Source of the DNA: a virus | Strand: one strand, 5' to 3' | Virus record (IMG/VR): IMGVR_UViG_3300015050_000678 | Span: 1-64,000 of that record | DNA length: 64,000 nucleotides | Shown here: positions 1 to 10,753 of the stretch, piece by piece | Layout of the letters: each line of letters starts with the position of its first letter | Numbering within the stretch: the stretch's first letter is position 1 | Program-made: the position numbers and the translations under genes | The notes under the pieces: model-generated | The model's input: only the letters and a program-made list of their open reading frames with translations | The model's database searches: none | Told to the model about the DNA's origin: nothing

Positions 1-1343
1 GCAGATGAACCATTTTTCTTAGGTCCATAAGGGCCATACATTCCTTCAATGTAAGTTGTTACCATCTCACGATCTTTAGAATATACTTTTTGGATATTTG
101 GTTCTCCTTTGTTATAAGACTTAAAGTTTAAGAATGTTGCTTTATACGACTCAGCGGGTTTACCAGTTTGAGGATGTAATAAACGATTTCTTACTACGTC
201 ATTATAAGGTTTGTATTCTTTTAATGTAATCTTATCACCATTTAAACCAGTGTAGGTCATAAACTGACCATGTAGTTCAAGGTTTTGTCCTTCTCCAGCA
301 ATAAATTTAGAATCAACTAAATTGAATGCAGATGCTGAACGTTTCATTGCTTGATCAAATAAGTTCATGAACTCACGACCACATAATGCAACATATTCAC
401 GAGGACCATCTTCAGTACCATTGTATGCTAAATCTCCCATGAAGTCACGGATAGTTTTTTCAGTCAATGAAGTATAAAGACGTTTGTTTCCTGGAGCAAT
501 TTGACCTTCTAATCCAGCACCAGAATAAATAGTATTTCCTGAAGCACCTTTTAAGTCAGTTGTTCCATTAGACTTAATGTTAGATTCACCAAACATTAAA
601 CTAATTTCAATCTCATCCATGAATTGTTTCCAAAATTCCCACTCAGCATATTTTACCCAAGTGTTAGTTTTTTCATTAGTTTCAGGATTTAACATTGAAA
701 TAACCATAACACGACTGTGAGCAGCACCTGTTACAGAATATTTTTTACGCAATGTAGACATAAAGTTTTCTAACATCATTGGTGTAGCATAGTGAGTTTC
801 ACCAGATGTACGAGAATGATCATGCTCTACTAAGTTGTATTCTTTAGATACTTCTTTACCTACTGTTAATAAAGCTGCAGGAACAGATTTAGTAATATCG
901 GCTGTAACCAATTGACATACTAAGATATAATCAGCACCATCATAAATAGGTTCAGCGATTACACGAGCTTTGTAGTCAGGATTATCAAACAATAATACAT
1001 CACCTTCTGAGAACCATTTCTCATTTACTCCAATTTTAAAAGTTGTAGCGTTAATACCAATGTTAGTTGCTGCATCAAATGCTGCACGAGTAATTGATAT
1101 CGCTCTACGAGAATCTCCAATGATATTCCAACGATATTGGATACCATCAATTTCCTTAGATTTACCCATACCACCTGTTAAGAATGATAATGCGTTTTTA
1201 TAACCGTTTTGCTTGTTATAAATACGTGTAATAACTTGACTAGCAATAGCTGGCTCAGTTAAAAAGAATGTAGACAAATGTGAATCTTGAGTAAGACCCG
1301 CATGCCAATTCATGTTTGTTATTTGTAATGGACTAATTTGCAT
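1..1343 (-). CDS. Major capsid protein, crAss-like (3' end runs off window)
   Basis: Not in the ORF track; translated by hand from ATG at 1343: MQISPLQITNMNWHAGLTQDSHL...LRKKYSVTG...YSGAGLEGQI..., open to the window edge. Resembles crAss-like MCP; sits after terminase-portal-scaffold. Confidence 0.9.
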   Translation of the reverse strand, partial: MQISPLQITNMNWHAGLTQDSHLSTFFLTEPAIASQVITRIYNKQNGYKNALSFLTGGMGKSKEIDGIQYRWNIIGDSRRAISITRAAFDAATNIGINATTFKIGVNEKWFSEGDVLLFDNPDYKARVIAEPIYDGADYILVCQLVTADITKSVPAALLTVGKEVSKEYNLVEHDHSRTSGETHYATPMMLENFMSTLRKKYSVTGAAHSRVMVISMLNPETNEKTNTWVKYAEWEFWKQFMDEIEISLMFGESNIKSNGTTDLKGASGNTIYSGAGLEGQIAPGNKRLYTSLTEKTIRDFMGDLAYNGTEDGPREYVALCGREFMNLFDQAMKRSASAFNLVDSKFIAGEGQNLELHGQFMTYTGLNGDKITLKEYKPYNDVVRNRLLHPQTGKPAESYKATFLNFKSYNKGEPNIQKVYSKDREMVTTYIEGMYGPYGPKKNGSS

Positions 1344-1374
1344 TTTTGTTGTTTATATTAAATTAATAATGTGT

Positions 1375-2508
1375 TTAAATTGAACCGTTGTTTAGAGCAT
1401 TTCTAAAAGCACTGAAGTTATTATTAGCTCTTTGATCAGCAAATCCATCTGATTGACCAGATTTGATTTTAGATCTACTATCTTTAGTATTTGATAGTCT
1501 GCTAGCTAAATCAGAATGTACTTTTGTTTTAACTTTTTGTTCTAGTTTACTTAAATCCCAATCATTCATTGCTAAATAAGCGTACATGTATTGTGAATTA
1601 GTATTGGTTTCATTGTGTTTTTGTAATCCTGTTTTACCAGTCTTATCTGGTTTCATTATAAAGTCCCAAAGATTATCTTTAACTTTTGGTGTTAATTTGA
1701 AACCTTGTAAATCTTCTTTAGCATATAAGTCAGCTTTGAAATCATCATATTGTTTCTTAGCAATTACTTTTTGTTCAGCATCATATTTCTTTTGAGATTC
1801 AAATACTTGATTTTGATATTCTTTCTCAGAAACTTGTAATTTATTTAAAGCTGCTTTAGACTTCTTTTCTAAGATACCAGATACTTCATAAGTATCTAAT
1901 GTTTCAGTAATTTCATCTTCATCCTCTCCTAATGCTTTAAGATATTCTCTTAATACTGTTTTTTGAGATTCTTCATCATCAACTTTAAAATCATTCCATG
2001 AAGCTTGACCATAATAAGTATCCATATAATTTTTTGGATCTCCACCTGCTTCTATAAATTCTACTAATCTGTGAACATCTTCTGGTAAACTCTTTTTATA
2101 GTTTTCCACTTCACGTTCAACTGTAGAACTCATTAGTTTTTTTAAACCATCTTCAGAATCTTCAAAAGTTTCTTCATCATAGTCCACTAAACCTTTTTCA
2201 CCTAACCAACTTGCAAAGACTTTAAGATTAGAACTTTCTTCTTGGCCTTCATCATCTTTTAATTTAGGATCTATATCTTCTGTAGTTCCTTTTGGTTCTT
2301 CTTTGGGTAACTCTTTAACAACTTCTTTAGTTTCTACTTTAGGAGTTTTCTCATCTTCGTGAGTATCTTCTAAATCAGGAATTATTGGTTGTGCTACTGA
2401 ATTATTCTCTTTAAATGATTCTGAGAATTCATCATTGAATTGCATTTCCATTCCTTCCCCAAATGGTGTTTCTAGAATATTAAATTCTTTTTTTGTTTCC
2501 TTACTCAT
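1375..2508 (-). CDS. Acidic protein upstream of MCP (scaffold-like, conserved crAss head-module position)
   Basis: 377 aa, very acidic N-terminal half, helical C-terminus; lies between portal and MCP. Confidence 0.7.
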   Translation of the reverse strand: MSKETKKEFNILETPFGEGMEMQFNDEFSESFKENNSVAQPIIPDLEDTHEDEKTPKVETKEVVKELPKEEPKGTTEDIDPKLKDDEGQEESSNLKVFASWLGEKGLVDYDEETFEDSEDGLKKLMSSTVEREVENYKKSLPEDVHRLVEFIEAGGDPKNYMDTYYGQASWNDFKVDDEESQKTVLREYLKALGEDEDEITETLDTYEVSGILEKKSKAALNKLQVSEKEYQNQVFESQKKYDAEQKVIAKKQYDDFKADLYAKEDLQGFKLTPKVKDNLWDFIMKPDKTGKTGLQKHNETNTNSQYMYAYLAMNDWDLSKLEQKVKTKVHSDLASRLSNTKDSRSKIKSGQSDGFADQRANNNFSAFRNALNNGSI

Positions 2509-2533
2509 GTTTTGCCTTATTAGTAATATACTA

Positions 2534-2565
2534 TAAATATAACTGTTTTGATTATGATCTCCTAA
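2534..2565 (-). promoter_or_regulatory. Bacteroidota-type promoter variant (TTAG-N20-TATATTTA) for scaffold/MCP
   Basis: Same 20-nt spacing as the promoters at 10346 and 10754; spacer is a near-copy of the 10346 promoter spacer. Confidence 0.55.
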
Positions 2566-2605
2566 TTGAAAAAGTTACACAGTTAAGTAACTTTTTATAG
2601 CTTTA

Positions 2606-3130
2606 TTATCCTTTTAATTCTGTATCAAATAGACGCATTGCAATCTTATCTTCACCAAATGCTTCTAATTTATCCATATAAGTAATTACTTTTCCTAACT
2701 CTTCTTGTTGTTCTTGTAAATATTTAACAGCTAATTGATATAATAAGTGATTACCATAAGACATAGCATGTTTAGCTAAATCATTACATTGTTGTGTAAC
2801 TAATATTTCATGAGTATAAGATTGTTTAATAATATCTGGTAATCCTACAAATACTTGAGGTGGTTCTTTTAATGCTGGAATCTTAGGAGTAATTCCCATA
2901 TCTAATAGGAAAGATTTGGCCCAACCTGCATGAACCATTTCACCATCAGAATCATCCTGCCAAGCTTTAGCTGCACCAGTATATCCTGCATTATTTAACC
3001 ACAATGACATTATGTGATATAATCTACTAGAATATTCTTCTTGTTCAATTCTAAAGTTTAATATATCTACGCATTCTTTAGATGCAAAAGGATTCTTATT
3101 TCCTGCTGGTTTAAAAGTAGGTATTGCCAT
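2606..3130 (-). CDS. Non-heme ferritin-like protein
   Basis: 174 aa four-helix pattern with ferroxidase-type residues: EEYSSRLY, DGEMVHA, HEILVT, YLQEQQEE. Confidence 0.85.
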   Translation of the reverse strand: MAIPTFKPAGNKNPFASKECVDILNFRIEQEEYSSRLYHIMSLWLNNAGYTGAAKAWQDDSDGEMVHAGWAKSFLLDMGITPKIPALKEPPQVFVGLPDIIKQSYTHEILVTQQCNDLAKHAMSYGNHLLYQLAVKYLQEQQEELGKVITYMDKLEAFGEDKIAMRLFDTELKG

Positions 3131-5697
3131 TATTTAGTAGGTTTTGGTTTATTTCTAATTTTTAATCGTTCAACTTCAAGTTTATTCTTCATTTCTTTTT
3201 CTTTAAGTTGATGATCTCTTTTCTGCATAAGTTCTTGAGATTTATTTTGTACCTCAATAGCTTTAATTTTCTTATTCTCTAATTCATTCTTCATTTTAAT
3301 CTCTTTATCTTTCTGAGCTAACACTGCATCATGTTTAGCTTTATCATGTCCAAGTTTAGATTGTTCTAAGAACATCTTAGACCCTAACTCTTGTTGTGCT
3401 AAAGCATTAGCTGCAATCTCTGAAGGATCTGGTATACCATTATCATTAAGATCAAGGTCTTGTTGTTTATTATATACAGCAATCTCAGCAACTTGTATTT
3501 TAGTAGAATTATTAGCTTCAGCAATATACCTTTCTTGATCAAGTTTTAAATGATCTAATTCAACTTGTTCAGCATGCATTTGTTGTTGTAATCCTTCAAT
3601 CTTCAATTCATGTTCTTGTTGAGCTTTACCCTGATCAGCATTGCGTTTGTAGAATTCTTCTTCTTTACGTTGTAATAATCTAATAATATCTCTAGGTGAA
3701 TCATTAATTAATGTTTCAACTATTGCAGATAAATCTATTTTTTCAGATTGTAATGCTACTTGAACTAATTGATCTAATTTAGCTTTTAACTCAAGATCTT
3801 TAGTATTGTTTGTTACAAATACATTAAACTCTGAATTCTCAAATTCATTCTCTTCTAATGTAAGCATTTCAATACCCATATCATCTAAAACATATTGAGC
3901 AACTAATCCTTTCTTATAACATATTTTAGCTACTTCAATCATTCCAGTATAAGCTCTACGTTTAACTTCAGCATGAGCTTCATATAAATATTCAGTAATT
4001 AAAGAAGACTGATTAACAGATCTTTCTACATTACCAACTAATTCAGAGTTATTAATAGCACCTAATCTTTGTGGAGTAACTCCAGATACAAATGCTACCT
4101 GTTGTTTAATATAATCCAACATATTGATATATTGTTGGATAGATTGACTAAGACTTAAATCTATTGCTTGGAACTGATTAAACTTATTAGCTAATTGTCC
4201 AGTAGCAGCACCTTTCTTACCTTCTTCAAAACTATTAATAAATGCGATATTCATCTCTTTAAGATAATATAACCATCTATCAATATCAATACCTTGACTT
4301 GCAGGAATCTGGGCCAAGTCCATTATAAACTTCTTACCTTGATCTGAAGCAAATGCTATCTCTAATCTATAAGATATAATATCATATAAATATTGGTAAG
4401 GTTTTAACCTGTCTATTAAACTAACTGATTGTGAGTTTGTAGCCTCATAGATGAATCCTGTGTAACCCAATCTACAAAAGTAAGGATTATCAAGTCTACG
4501 TCTTTGATTAGGTTTAGGTTTAATCTCTGTGAATATATCTAAACCAATTTTAACACCTTCCCAGGCTTCATTAATCCAATACCATTCTACTTTAGCATCT
4601 GAAAAAGCTTCTTTAAATATTCTTGTATTAAATAACTCATCTACTATTTCAGTTTGAGGAGTTCCTTCTTCATCAGTCCAAGTTAATTCACCAATCTTTT
4701 TCATTGATTTCCATTCAACTCTTGTAACTCTTATAGAATAGTTATTACTATTATTACCATTATAAGCATTAGTTGGAGTTACCCCAGCAAAAGCATTTTG
4801 ACCATTAGTTACTTCAAATTGTGGTTCAAATCCACCAGCGGTATTAAAAGAACCAAAGGTTCCTCTAGTATAATTTTCTAATTTTTCTACATCATCTTTA
4901 GATAAAGAATCACCATACTCATCAAGTATAGTATTTATTGCAAGCATTCTTTCTTCAACTACTGCAATAGCATCATCTACAAAAGTAGTATCTCCATCAA
5001 GTATTACTGTTAAATTAACAGGATTAACTCTACGCATAGCTACTTCATTGTTTTCAATACCTATCCAATAAACTTCTTCTCCTGCAATTAATGCATCTTT
5101 CCAACCTTGAGAGAATAACAGTCTCGTATTAAGTTTCTTCTTTAAAGACTTTAATATCTTATTGGCCTTAGATTCAATTACATCTGACGGCGTATATTTT
5201 TCATGTTTAACAATTTCTTCCGGTGGAGGCGGTGGATTGTTAGGATCTGCATTAGGATCAATTTGATAAGCCAAACCTTGTTGTAAAGCCTGGAAAATCT
5301 TTTCTTTAACTGCTGAAGTCTTACGGTTAATATCATCTGGAGATTCTGAAACTACTATATGATTATCTGGACGTTTAGTTTCTTCACCAATTAATAATCT
5401 AATTGGTTCTGATATAATATCATAATGTTGAAATCTAGCTGCAAATGTACTAGATGTATTTACACCTAGTGGATCACAGATAGTTTCAATATCTTTATGG
5501 TTTACTTTACCATTATATAAATCATAGTTAATTAATTTCTTGAATCTATCAGATCTTAAATTACTACCATTTGTATATCTATAATTTGAATAATAATTAA
5601 TACAAGATTTACCCCACTCTTTGTCTTTACTAGACATAGGTAGTTTTTGTTGTGGTAAATTTTGACCACCTAGATTAGCATATATATCTTGACTCAT
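3130..5697 (-). CDS. Portal protein
   Basis: 855 aa, directly downstream of terminase; crAss-portal-like motifs (NYDLYNG, WINEAWEG, SLIDRLKPYQYLY, SGVTPQRLG); coiled-coil tail. Confidence 0.9.
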   Translation of the reverse strand: MSQDIYANLGGQNLPQQKLPMSSKDKEWGKSCINYYSNYRYTNGSNLRSDRFKKLINYDLYNGKVNHKDIETICDPLGVNTSSTFAARFQHYDIISEPIRLLIGEETKRPDNHIVVSESPDDINRKTSAVKEKIFQALQQGLAYQIDPNADPNNPPPPPEEIVKHEKYTPSDVIESKANKILKSLKKKLNTRLLFSQGWKDALIAGEEVYWIGIENNEVAMRRVNPVNLTVILDGDTTFVDDAIAVVEERMLAINTILDEYGDSLSKDDVEKLENYTRGTFGSFNTAGGFEPQFEVTNGQNAFAGVTPTNAYNGNNSNNYSIRVTRVEWKSMKKIGELTWTDEEGTPQTEIVDELFNTRIFKEAFSDAKVEWYWINEAWEGVKIGLDIFTEIKPKPNQRRRLDNPYFCRLGYTGFIYEATNSQSVSLIDRLKPYQYLYDIISYRLEIAFASDQGKKFIMDLAQIPASQGIDIDRWLYYLKEMNIAFINSFEEGKKGAATGQLANKFNQFQAIDLSLSQSIQQYINMLDYIKQQVAFVSGVTPQRLGAINNSELVGNVERSVNQSSLITEYLYEAHAEVKRRAYTGMIEVAKICYKKGLVAQYVLDDMGIEMLTLEENEFENSEFNVFVTNNTKDLELKAKLDQLVQVALQSEKIDLSAIVETLINDSPRDIIRLLQRKEEEFYKRNADQGKAQQEHELKIEGLQQQMHAEQVELDHLKLDQERYIAEANNSTKIQVAEIAVYNKQQDLDLNDNGIPDPSEIAANALAQQELGSKMFLEQSKLGHDKAKHDAVLAQKDKEIKMKNELENKKIKAIEVQNKSQELMQKRDHQLKEKEMKNKLEVERLKIRNKPKPTK

Positions 5698-7787
5698 TAG
5701 TTTATACTTGGATTAAATGTAGAACTTCCACCTTTAAATATACGGGATTTCTGGTATATCTTTTCTAAGAAGTCTCCAGTTATAGATCTCATATCTGATA
5801 GCTCTTCTACATGTATTCTATGTAATTCATATGTTTGTAGAATACAAAGCATTACTGCAATAACTCTATCTGTATTTATTTCACGATCATAAGCTATTAA
5901 TTCTTTAAGTAATGGTATAGATTTAATAGTTTGAAATCTAAGTTGTTTAACTCCTTCTACTTCACTATTAACTTCTTCATATAACCATTTCTTAAGATAT
6001 AATTCACATTGATCTTTAATACCACTAGCACCATTACTACCTCTATTCATATGAATACCGTAACCACGTTGTACTCGAGAATCTTTAATCATATCTCTAA
6101 TAATACCTGGTTGTTCACACATAAATCTCAATGAGTTCTTTTGTTCAAAATAAACTTTTAAACCTTTTAACTGATTCTCATACAATACTTTACCATTATA
6201 ATACATACATAGTTTTCTACAAACTTCATAGAAATCTTCTGCAGTATCCGGTCTAGATGTGTATTCAGCAACTATAATATCATGAGTTCTATCTGCTCTA
6301 TAAAATCTTTTATATACAAATATAGAACCCAAGGATCCTGATTCAGATTTATCTTGATCGTAAGGGTCACACCCTAAAATATATAAATAATTAGGTATTT
6401 CTCCATTATCTTGTTTTTCAGGATGTTCCCAGATTACAGCACAACCATTAGTTGTATAACCTTCTCCTGACTTAGGATCTTTTCTTAAAGGGAAATCAAC
6501 TATGTGAACTAGATCATTATCTGGCCTCCATTTAACATTTCCTTCATCAAAGAATAGTTCACCCTTTTGAGCTTGACCTCTAAGACTTGGAGTATTCTCT
6601 AAATGACCTAACCATTCTAACATCTCTGGAGAACCAAAGACATTACCTTTATTTCTTAAGAATGCTTCTTTCCAAGTACATGGAAACTGAGTAGTGATAT
6701 TATGTATTGCCTTAGGATCTAAACCATGTTTAGCTTTACCTCTTAGAAAATCAATATCATCTTGAGCCGCTTCATAGTTAGAGTTACCATCCTCATCAAC
6801 CATGGATTGTTTATACCATTTAGATTCCGGATTAAGACATAAACCCAATCTACCTTTTGTAGCAGAACTAAAGAATCCTATTCTAGAATTAGGATTAAAT
6901 GGATCCTCAAAATCTAACATGTTATATTTCTCAGGATTAGTAAACATCTCATAGAAATACTTACTACCTGAATCCATATCACCAGAAGATCCAAATACTA
7001 ATGATACTCCTGTATAAGTAGAACCATCTTTAATTAAAGGTTCAGTATATCCATAAGTATCTGTAATATTATTAAATACACCTGCTTCATCTAAGATTAA
7101 CCAGGATGCACTTAAACCAACTGCAGCTGTAGGATTATCTTTAAATGATATGGCCCTAACTTCAGAGTTAAAACCTTTCCAAACTTTAACACCACTTACC
7201 GTAGCTTGGTATCTAGCTTTAATAAAATCCTTTAAATCCGGATTACGTTGCTTTCTAAACTCTGTATTAGTATTAATAAAGTTAGAATTATCTACAACCA
7301 TGTTCATTGTATTCTGACTGAATGAACTAAAGAAGGCCCCTATTACTGCTTTACTATCTGGATAGAAGTAGAATTCATGTGTACATATTGCTGCAGCTTT
7401 ATAAGACCAACCTTGACGACGACCTTTTACTGCAACTAGTGATTTCTGATTTAGTCTACAATATTCTACCATGTGGAAGAACTCATAATCTAAATCTATA
7501 AACCTAGGAAAGATTTTAGATTTCTTTCCAGTCTTTTCATTAAGACCTAATATGGGACAAAAGTTTAAATAGAAGAAATGTTGGCCCGTGAGATGTTGAC
7601 CACAAGAGTTAGTAAATCCATTTAAACATAAATCTTTTACATCTTGCCAGAATTCTAAGTATTCAATAGTACCTGGTATGGAAGTAGTATATAATCCTGT
7701 TCTATTGTATTGTTCTGCAAGATATGAGAACTCTTTAGTTTTCTTAAAGAAATCTACACAGACAATATATTTATTATCATTTAACAT
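5697..7787 (-). CDS. terL: Terminase large subunit
   Basis: Walker A-like KGRRQGWSY, Walker B LILDEAG, RNase H-like nuclease GCDPY...D...DRV. Confidence 0.93.
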   Translation of the reverse strand: MLNDNKYIVCVDFFKKTKEFSYLAEQYNRTGLYTTSIPGTIEYLEFWQDVKDLCLNGFTNSCGQHLTGQHFFYLNFCPILGLNEKTGKKSKIFPRFIDLDYEFFHMVEYCRLNQKSLVAVKGRRQGWSYKAAAICTHEFYFYPDSKAVIGAFFSSFSQNTMNMVVDNSNFINTNTEFRKQRNPDLKDFIKARYQATVSGVKVWKGFNSEVRAISFKDNPTAAVGLSASWLILDEAGVFNNITDTYGYTEPLIKDGSTYTGVSLVFGSSGDMDSGSKYFYEMFTNPEKYNMLDFEDPFNPNSRIGFFSSATKGRLGLCLNPESKWYKQSMVDEDGNSNYEAAQDDIDFLRGKAKHGLDPKAIHNITTQFPCTWKEAFLRNKGNVFGSPEMLEWLGHLENTPSLRGQAQKGELFFDEGNVKWRPDNDLVHIVDFPLRKDPKSGEGYTTNGCAVIWEHPEKQDNGEIPNYLYILGCDPYDQDKSESGSLGSIFVYKRFYRADRTHDIIVAEYTSRPDTAEDFYEVCRKLCMYYNGKVLYENQLKGLKVYFEQKNSLRFMCEQPGIIRDMIKDSRVQRGYGIHMNRGSNGASGIKDQCELYLKKWLYEEVNSEVEGVKQLRFQTIKSIPLLKELIAYDREINTDRVIAVMLCILQTYELHRIHVEELSDMRSITGDFLEKIYQKSRIFKGGSSTFNPSIN

Positions 7788-8014
7788 ATTGTTGTATTAG
7801 GATTATGTTGCCAATCCATATCATAGGTTTTTGTAAAATCTTTTACTCCTGGAGGATAATTTATAATTGGTGTATTTATGTATTCAGGTGTAATCTTAGT
7901 AAATACTAATTTAAGATGATCTTTAATTATTTGAGTTTGTTTCTCATCAATAGATTTAGGATCTGCTGTTTCCATGAATCCTTGTAACCAATATGTAAAT
8001 TGTTCTGTTGTCAT
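7781..8014 (-). CDS. Hypothetical phage protein
   Basis: 77 aa ORF overlapping the terminase start. Confidence 0.6.
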   Translation of the reverse strand: MTTEQFTYWLQGFMETADPKSIDEKQTQIIKDHLKLVFTKITPEYINTPIINYPPGVKDFTKTYDMDWQHNPNTTIC

Positions 8015-8120
8015 AATAACTTTTTTATTTTACTTTCTAATGTCCATAAATAACTAGCATATTTATACTTCTGTTTATTTACTAGTTTTCTTCTAATTAA
8101 TCTTATTAACCAAAGCATAA

Positions 8121-8381
8121 TTAATGGTTTTGTAATATTTTAATTACTTTTGCATCATACTTTCTACCAGAAAATTCTCCAAATAACTCCCCACCAGGTA
8201 ATTTAGTTTCACTAGCATCATATCTAACATAACCATTGGGTCTTATTATTTTAAAATTATCATAGCGTACAATAAAACCTACATTAAATGCAAGGTCATC
8301 TCTTTCTTCACCTGTAGAGTGTTCATGTAAAGGAGCTTCACCAACTTTATAATTTTTAAAATACCATTCTATTTTATCCAT
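8121..8381 (-). CDS. Hypothetical protein
   Basis: 86 aa ORF, co-oriented in the operon. Confidence 0.55.
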   Translation of the reverse strand: MDKIEWYFKNYKVGEAPLHEHSTGEERDDLAFNVGFIVRYDNFKIIRPNGYVRYDASETKLPGGELFGEFSGRKYDAKVIKILQNH

Positions 8382-8386
8382 AATTA

Positions 8387-8905
8387 TTATCCTTCAAATA
8401 AACCTAATGTTGCCTGGCCACGAACAGTGTCCCCAGATGCTTGTTCACGGTTACAATTATTTAATGCTGCTTGTATTGCTTCTTGCACTTTAGGCATAGC
8501 AATAATACTATCTGTTATCTTCTTAATATTGTCTTCATTGTAATCTACTCCTTTAAAGAACTCTTCCATTTTATTAATAGATTCTTGAACAGATCTAAAT
8601 AACTTCATTGCTGGAGTAGTATTAATAGTTTCATAGATTTTAATACATTCTTCTAGTTCTTTAGTTAATTTAAATTTATCATCTTTAATGATGTGACTTA
8701 AGATTAACTTAGATCTATCTGCATTAGAATGTTGGAAGAAAGGTGATTTATATGAAGCATAATACCAAGTATATTTAATCATATTAAATGCCTGAGTCTT
8801 ATCCTTAGATTTATCTTTCTCCCAAATAGATTTGAATGGTTCTATAACCAGACACTCTGGAGCTACAATAATCTTACTATCTATTAAGTCTATTATTTTT
8901 ATCAT
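8387..8905 (-). CDS. Conserved crAss-type protein upstream of terL (small-terminase candidate)
   Basis: 172 aa helical protein (IWEKDKSKDK...VRG); position upstream of terL. Function is inference. Confidence 0.55.
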   Translation of the reverse strand: MIKIIDLIDSKIIVAPECLVIEPFKSIWEKDKSKDKTQAFNMIKYTWYYASYKSPFFQHSNADRSKLILSHIIKDDKFKLTKELEECIKIYETINTTPAMKLFRSVQESINKMEEFFKGVDYNEDNIKKITDSIIAMPKVQEAIQAALNNCNREQASGDTVRGQATLGLFEG

Positions 8906-9300
8906 TTAATTTTTATTCTTTTAAATTTACTGTAAGATTTTTCAAATAGATCATATGCATCTCCCATTATATGTCCTTGTAGATAAGCATAAGCCTCATT
9001 AGCATCTTTTCTTTTAAAATAGATTTGTTTAGCTTCTAATATATCTTGAATTAAATGAATCATCTCATGACCTATTGTATCCCAATATTCCTTCTTATCT
9101 TCATTATATTGAATTAACATAATAAAGATTCTGGTATTATATTTAGGTGAAATCTTATTAAAAACTATTCCTCTACAATCAGATAGATCTTCTGTAATAC
9201 CATAAAAAGTATTTAAGTATTTATTAACAGCTAACATATCATTAGTTACCTGGATAAATACTGGACATCCATATATGGGTATTATTATTTCTTTATGCAT
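8902..9300 (-). CDS. Small zincin-like metalloprotease
   Basis: HEMIH (HExxH) followed by NEAYAY. Confidence 0.6.
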   Translation of the reverse strand: MHKEIIIPIYGCPVFIQVTNDMLAVNKYLNTFYGITEDLSDCRGIVFNKISPKYNTRIFIMLIQYNEDKKEYWDTIGHEMIHLIQDILEAKQIYFKRKDANEAYAYLQGHIMGDAYDLFEKSYSKFKRIKIK

Positions 9301-9626
9301 TATTTCCCAAAACCTTTAATAATGATTGGACTAAAGTAGTTATCTTTTAGTGTTTTATATGGTGTATTAAACTTATAGAACTCACCATCATATTTACCCG
9401 TACTGTATTTATTTATAATTCTACCTTTAGAATTAACATGTTGTTCTATTTGTAAACTTTCAACTATAAATAGTTTCTTTTGAAATACTCTTAATGGAAT
9501 ATACTTATTAACAGAAGTAGTATTTTCTGGTATTGGATATTGTGATATGCATTCTAGTTCTATTATCATATTATTTAATCCAAAGTCCTTTAGGGCATTT
9601 TTTATAAGGTGCTCTAGTAGCAGCAA
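9300..9626 (-). CDS. Hypothetical protein
   Basis: ORF coupled to neighbours; true start probably the internal Met (MIIELEC). Confidence 0.55.
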   Translation of the reverse strand: MLLLEHLIKNALKDFGLNNMIIELECISQYPIPENTTSVNKYIPLRVFQKKLFIVESLQIEQHVNSKGRIINKYSTGKYDGEFYKFNTPYKTLKDNYFSPIIIKGFGK

Positions 9627-9789
9627 TTATAGGACACCCACAACCACCTTTATCAGAACTACAAATATTATTTACATTAGTAGGACATGTAGAACATATT
9701 GTAGCTCTTTCTAAAGCAATAATCTCTACTTCTGGGTTTTCCCAAATAACATTAGTCCATCCCTGTATAATATCTTGTAATTTACTCAT
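9571..9789 (-). CDS. Small Cys-rich (putative Zn-binding) protein
   Basis: CxxC...C...CGC...KCPKGLW. Confidence 0.6.
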   Translation of the reverse strand: MSKLQDIIQGWTNVIWENPEVEIIALERATICSTCPTNVNNICSSDKGGCGCPIIAATRAPYKKCPKGLWIK

Positions 9790-10021
9790 TAGTTTCTAAT
9801 TTAGTTTTCTTTAATTTAATATAATCTTGATTGTAAACAGTTGGTCTAAACTTACCTAGGTAAATTAATTGAACTATCTTACCTTCTCTATTACTCATTG
9901 TATCTCTTATAACCCTAAACTGAGAGTCACAAATTCTTTCAAGTTCAACTTTAGACAAAGTAAACTCACTCTTAATTTCATCCAATATTTCTTCATAGAT
10001 ATTACTTTTTGTTGAGTTCAT
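9782..10021 (-). CDS. HU/IHF-like DNA-binding protein
   Basis: 79 aa, two helices followed by IVQLIYLGKF (HU/IHF-type motif). Confidence 0.6.
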   Translation of the reverse strand: MNSTKSNIYEEILDEIKSEFTLSKVELERICDSQFRVIRDTMSNREGKIVQLIYLGKFRPTVYNQDYIKLKKTKLETNE

Positions 10022-10341
10022 TATTCAAAACTAATATTAAGTGAATCATGTTTAAATATGTGTATCAAGTTAGGATTAACTTTAAGAGTTAATTTATCAA
10101 CTTGTTGTAATACTTTCTTTTCTTTTAACTTCTTAATATAATTATTAAAGTTAAATTTATCCATATTCAAATGCATTCTAACATCTGTTCTAGTATCTTT
10201 ATCAATAATAGATATATGTTTATCTATAATAACAACTAATATCTCAATCTCTTTAGAGGTTAAGTTACCTATGATAGGATTGATCATCTCAATCATAAGT
10301 TTATTTTTATTAGCTATAGGTAGTTTAAGTTTAAATTCCAT
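10021..10341 (-). CDS. RepL-like winged-helix protein
   Basis: LTSKEIEIL...FNNYIKKLKEKKVL...LKVNP winged-helix pattern. Confidence 0.55.
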   Translation of the reverse strand: MEFKLKLPIANKNKLMIEMINPIIGNLTSKEIEILVVIIDKHISIIDKDTRTDVRMHLNMDKFNFNNYIKKLKEKKVLQQVDKLTLKVNPNLIHIFKHDSLNISFE

Positions 10342-10345
10342 ACTA

Positions 10346-10377
10346 CAAATATAACTGATTTGATTATAATAACCAAA
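10346..10377 (-). promoter_or_regulatory. Bacteroidota housekeeping-type promoter TTTG-N20-TATATTTG
   Basis: Exact match to the -33 TTTG / -7 TAnnTTTG consensus, 4 nt upstream of the ATG at 10341. Confidence 0.75.
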
Positions 10378-10379
10378 TA

Positions 10380-10750
10380 AATTATATAACTAAGTTGATT
10401 ATATGTTCATGACTCATGAACAAAACTTAAATCTGAACAAGACACAATATTCCCCTTCTAGTTTTTATACCAGATGTTGGGATTAATCATAAACTTATAT
10501 CTATCTGTCTTGAACCCTCCTAGTGTTATCTAGTGTCTGCTTACTTTAATCCTGTTAATTCAGGAGGATACTTCATACCTCTTGTAGCAGCTATAGAACT
10601 TTCGTTTATAATAATTTTCGTACCTATTGGGGACATTTCATTTCAAGATGACAGATTATTAATCTCACTCTACTCTTATAACCCAACTTCTAACCAACTT
10701 TTAACTTATTAGGTATTACATTGGTGAGTTTAATTTTACTTAAACAGTAC
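10380..10750 (-). ncRNA. Candidate structured ncRNA of about 350 nt
   Basis: No ORF in the track; own promoter; nested long-range complementarity (ATCTGT..CTTGAA / TTCAAG-ACAGAT; GTTGGG / CCCAAC). Confidence 0.45.
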
Positions 10751-10753
10751 ATA

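Noticed and set aside
5697-7787. Intein or intron in the terminase (also checked for PolB)
   Set aside because: Continuous ORFs of ordinary length with no recognisable intein splice motifs.
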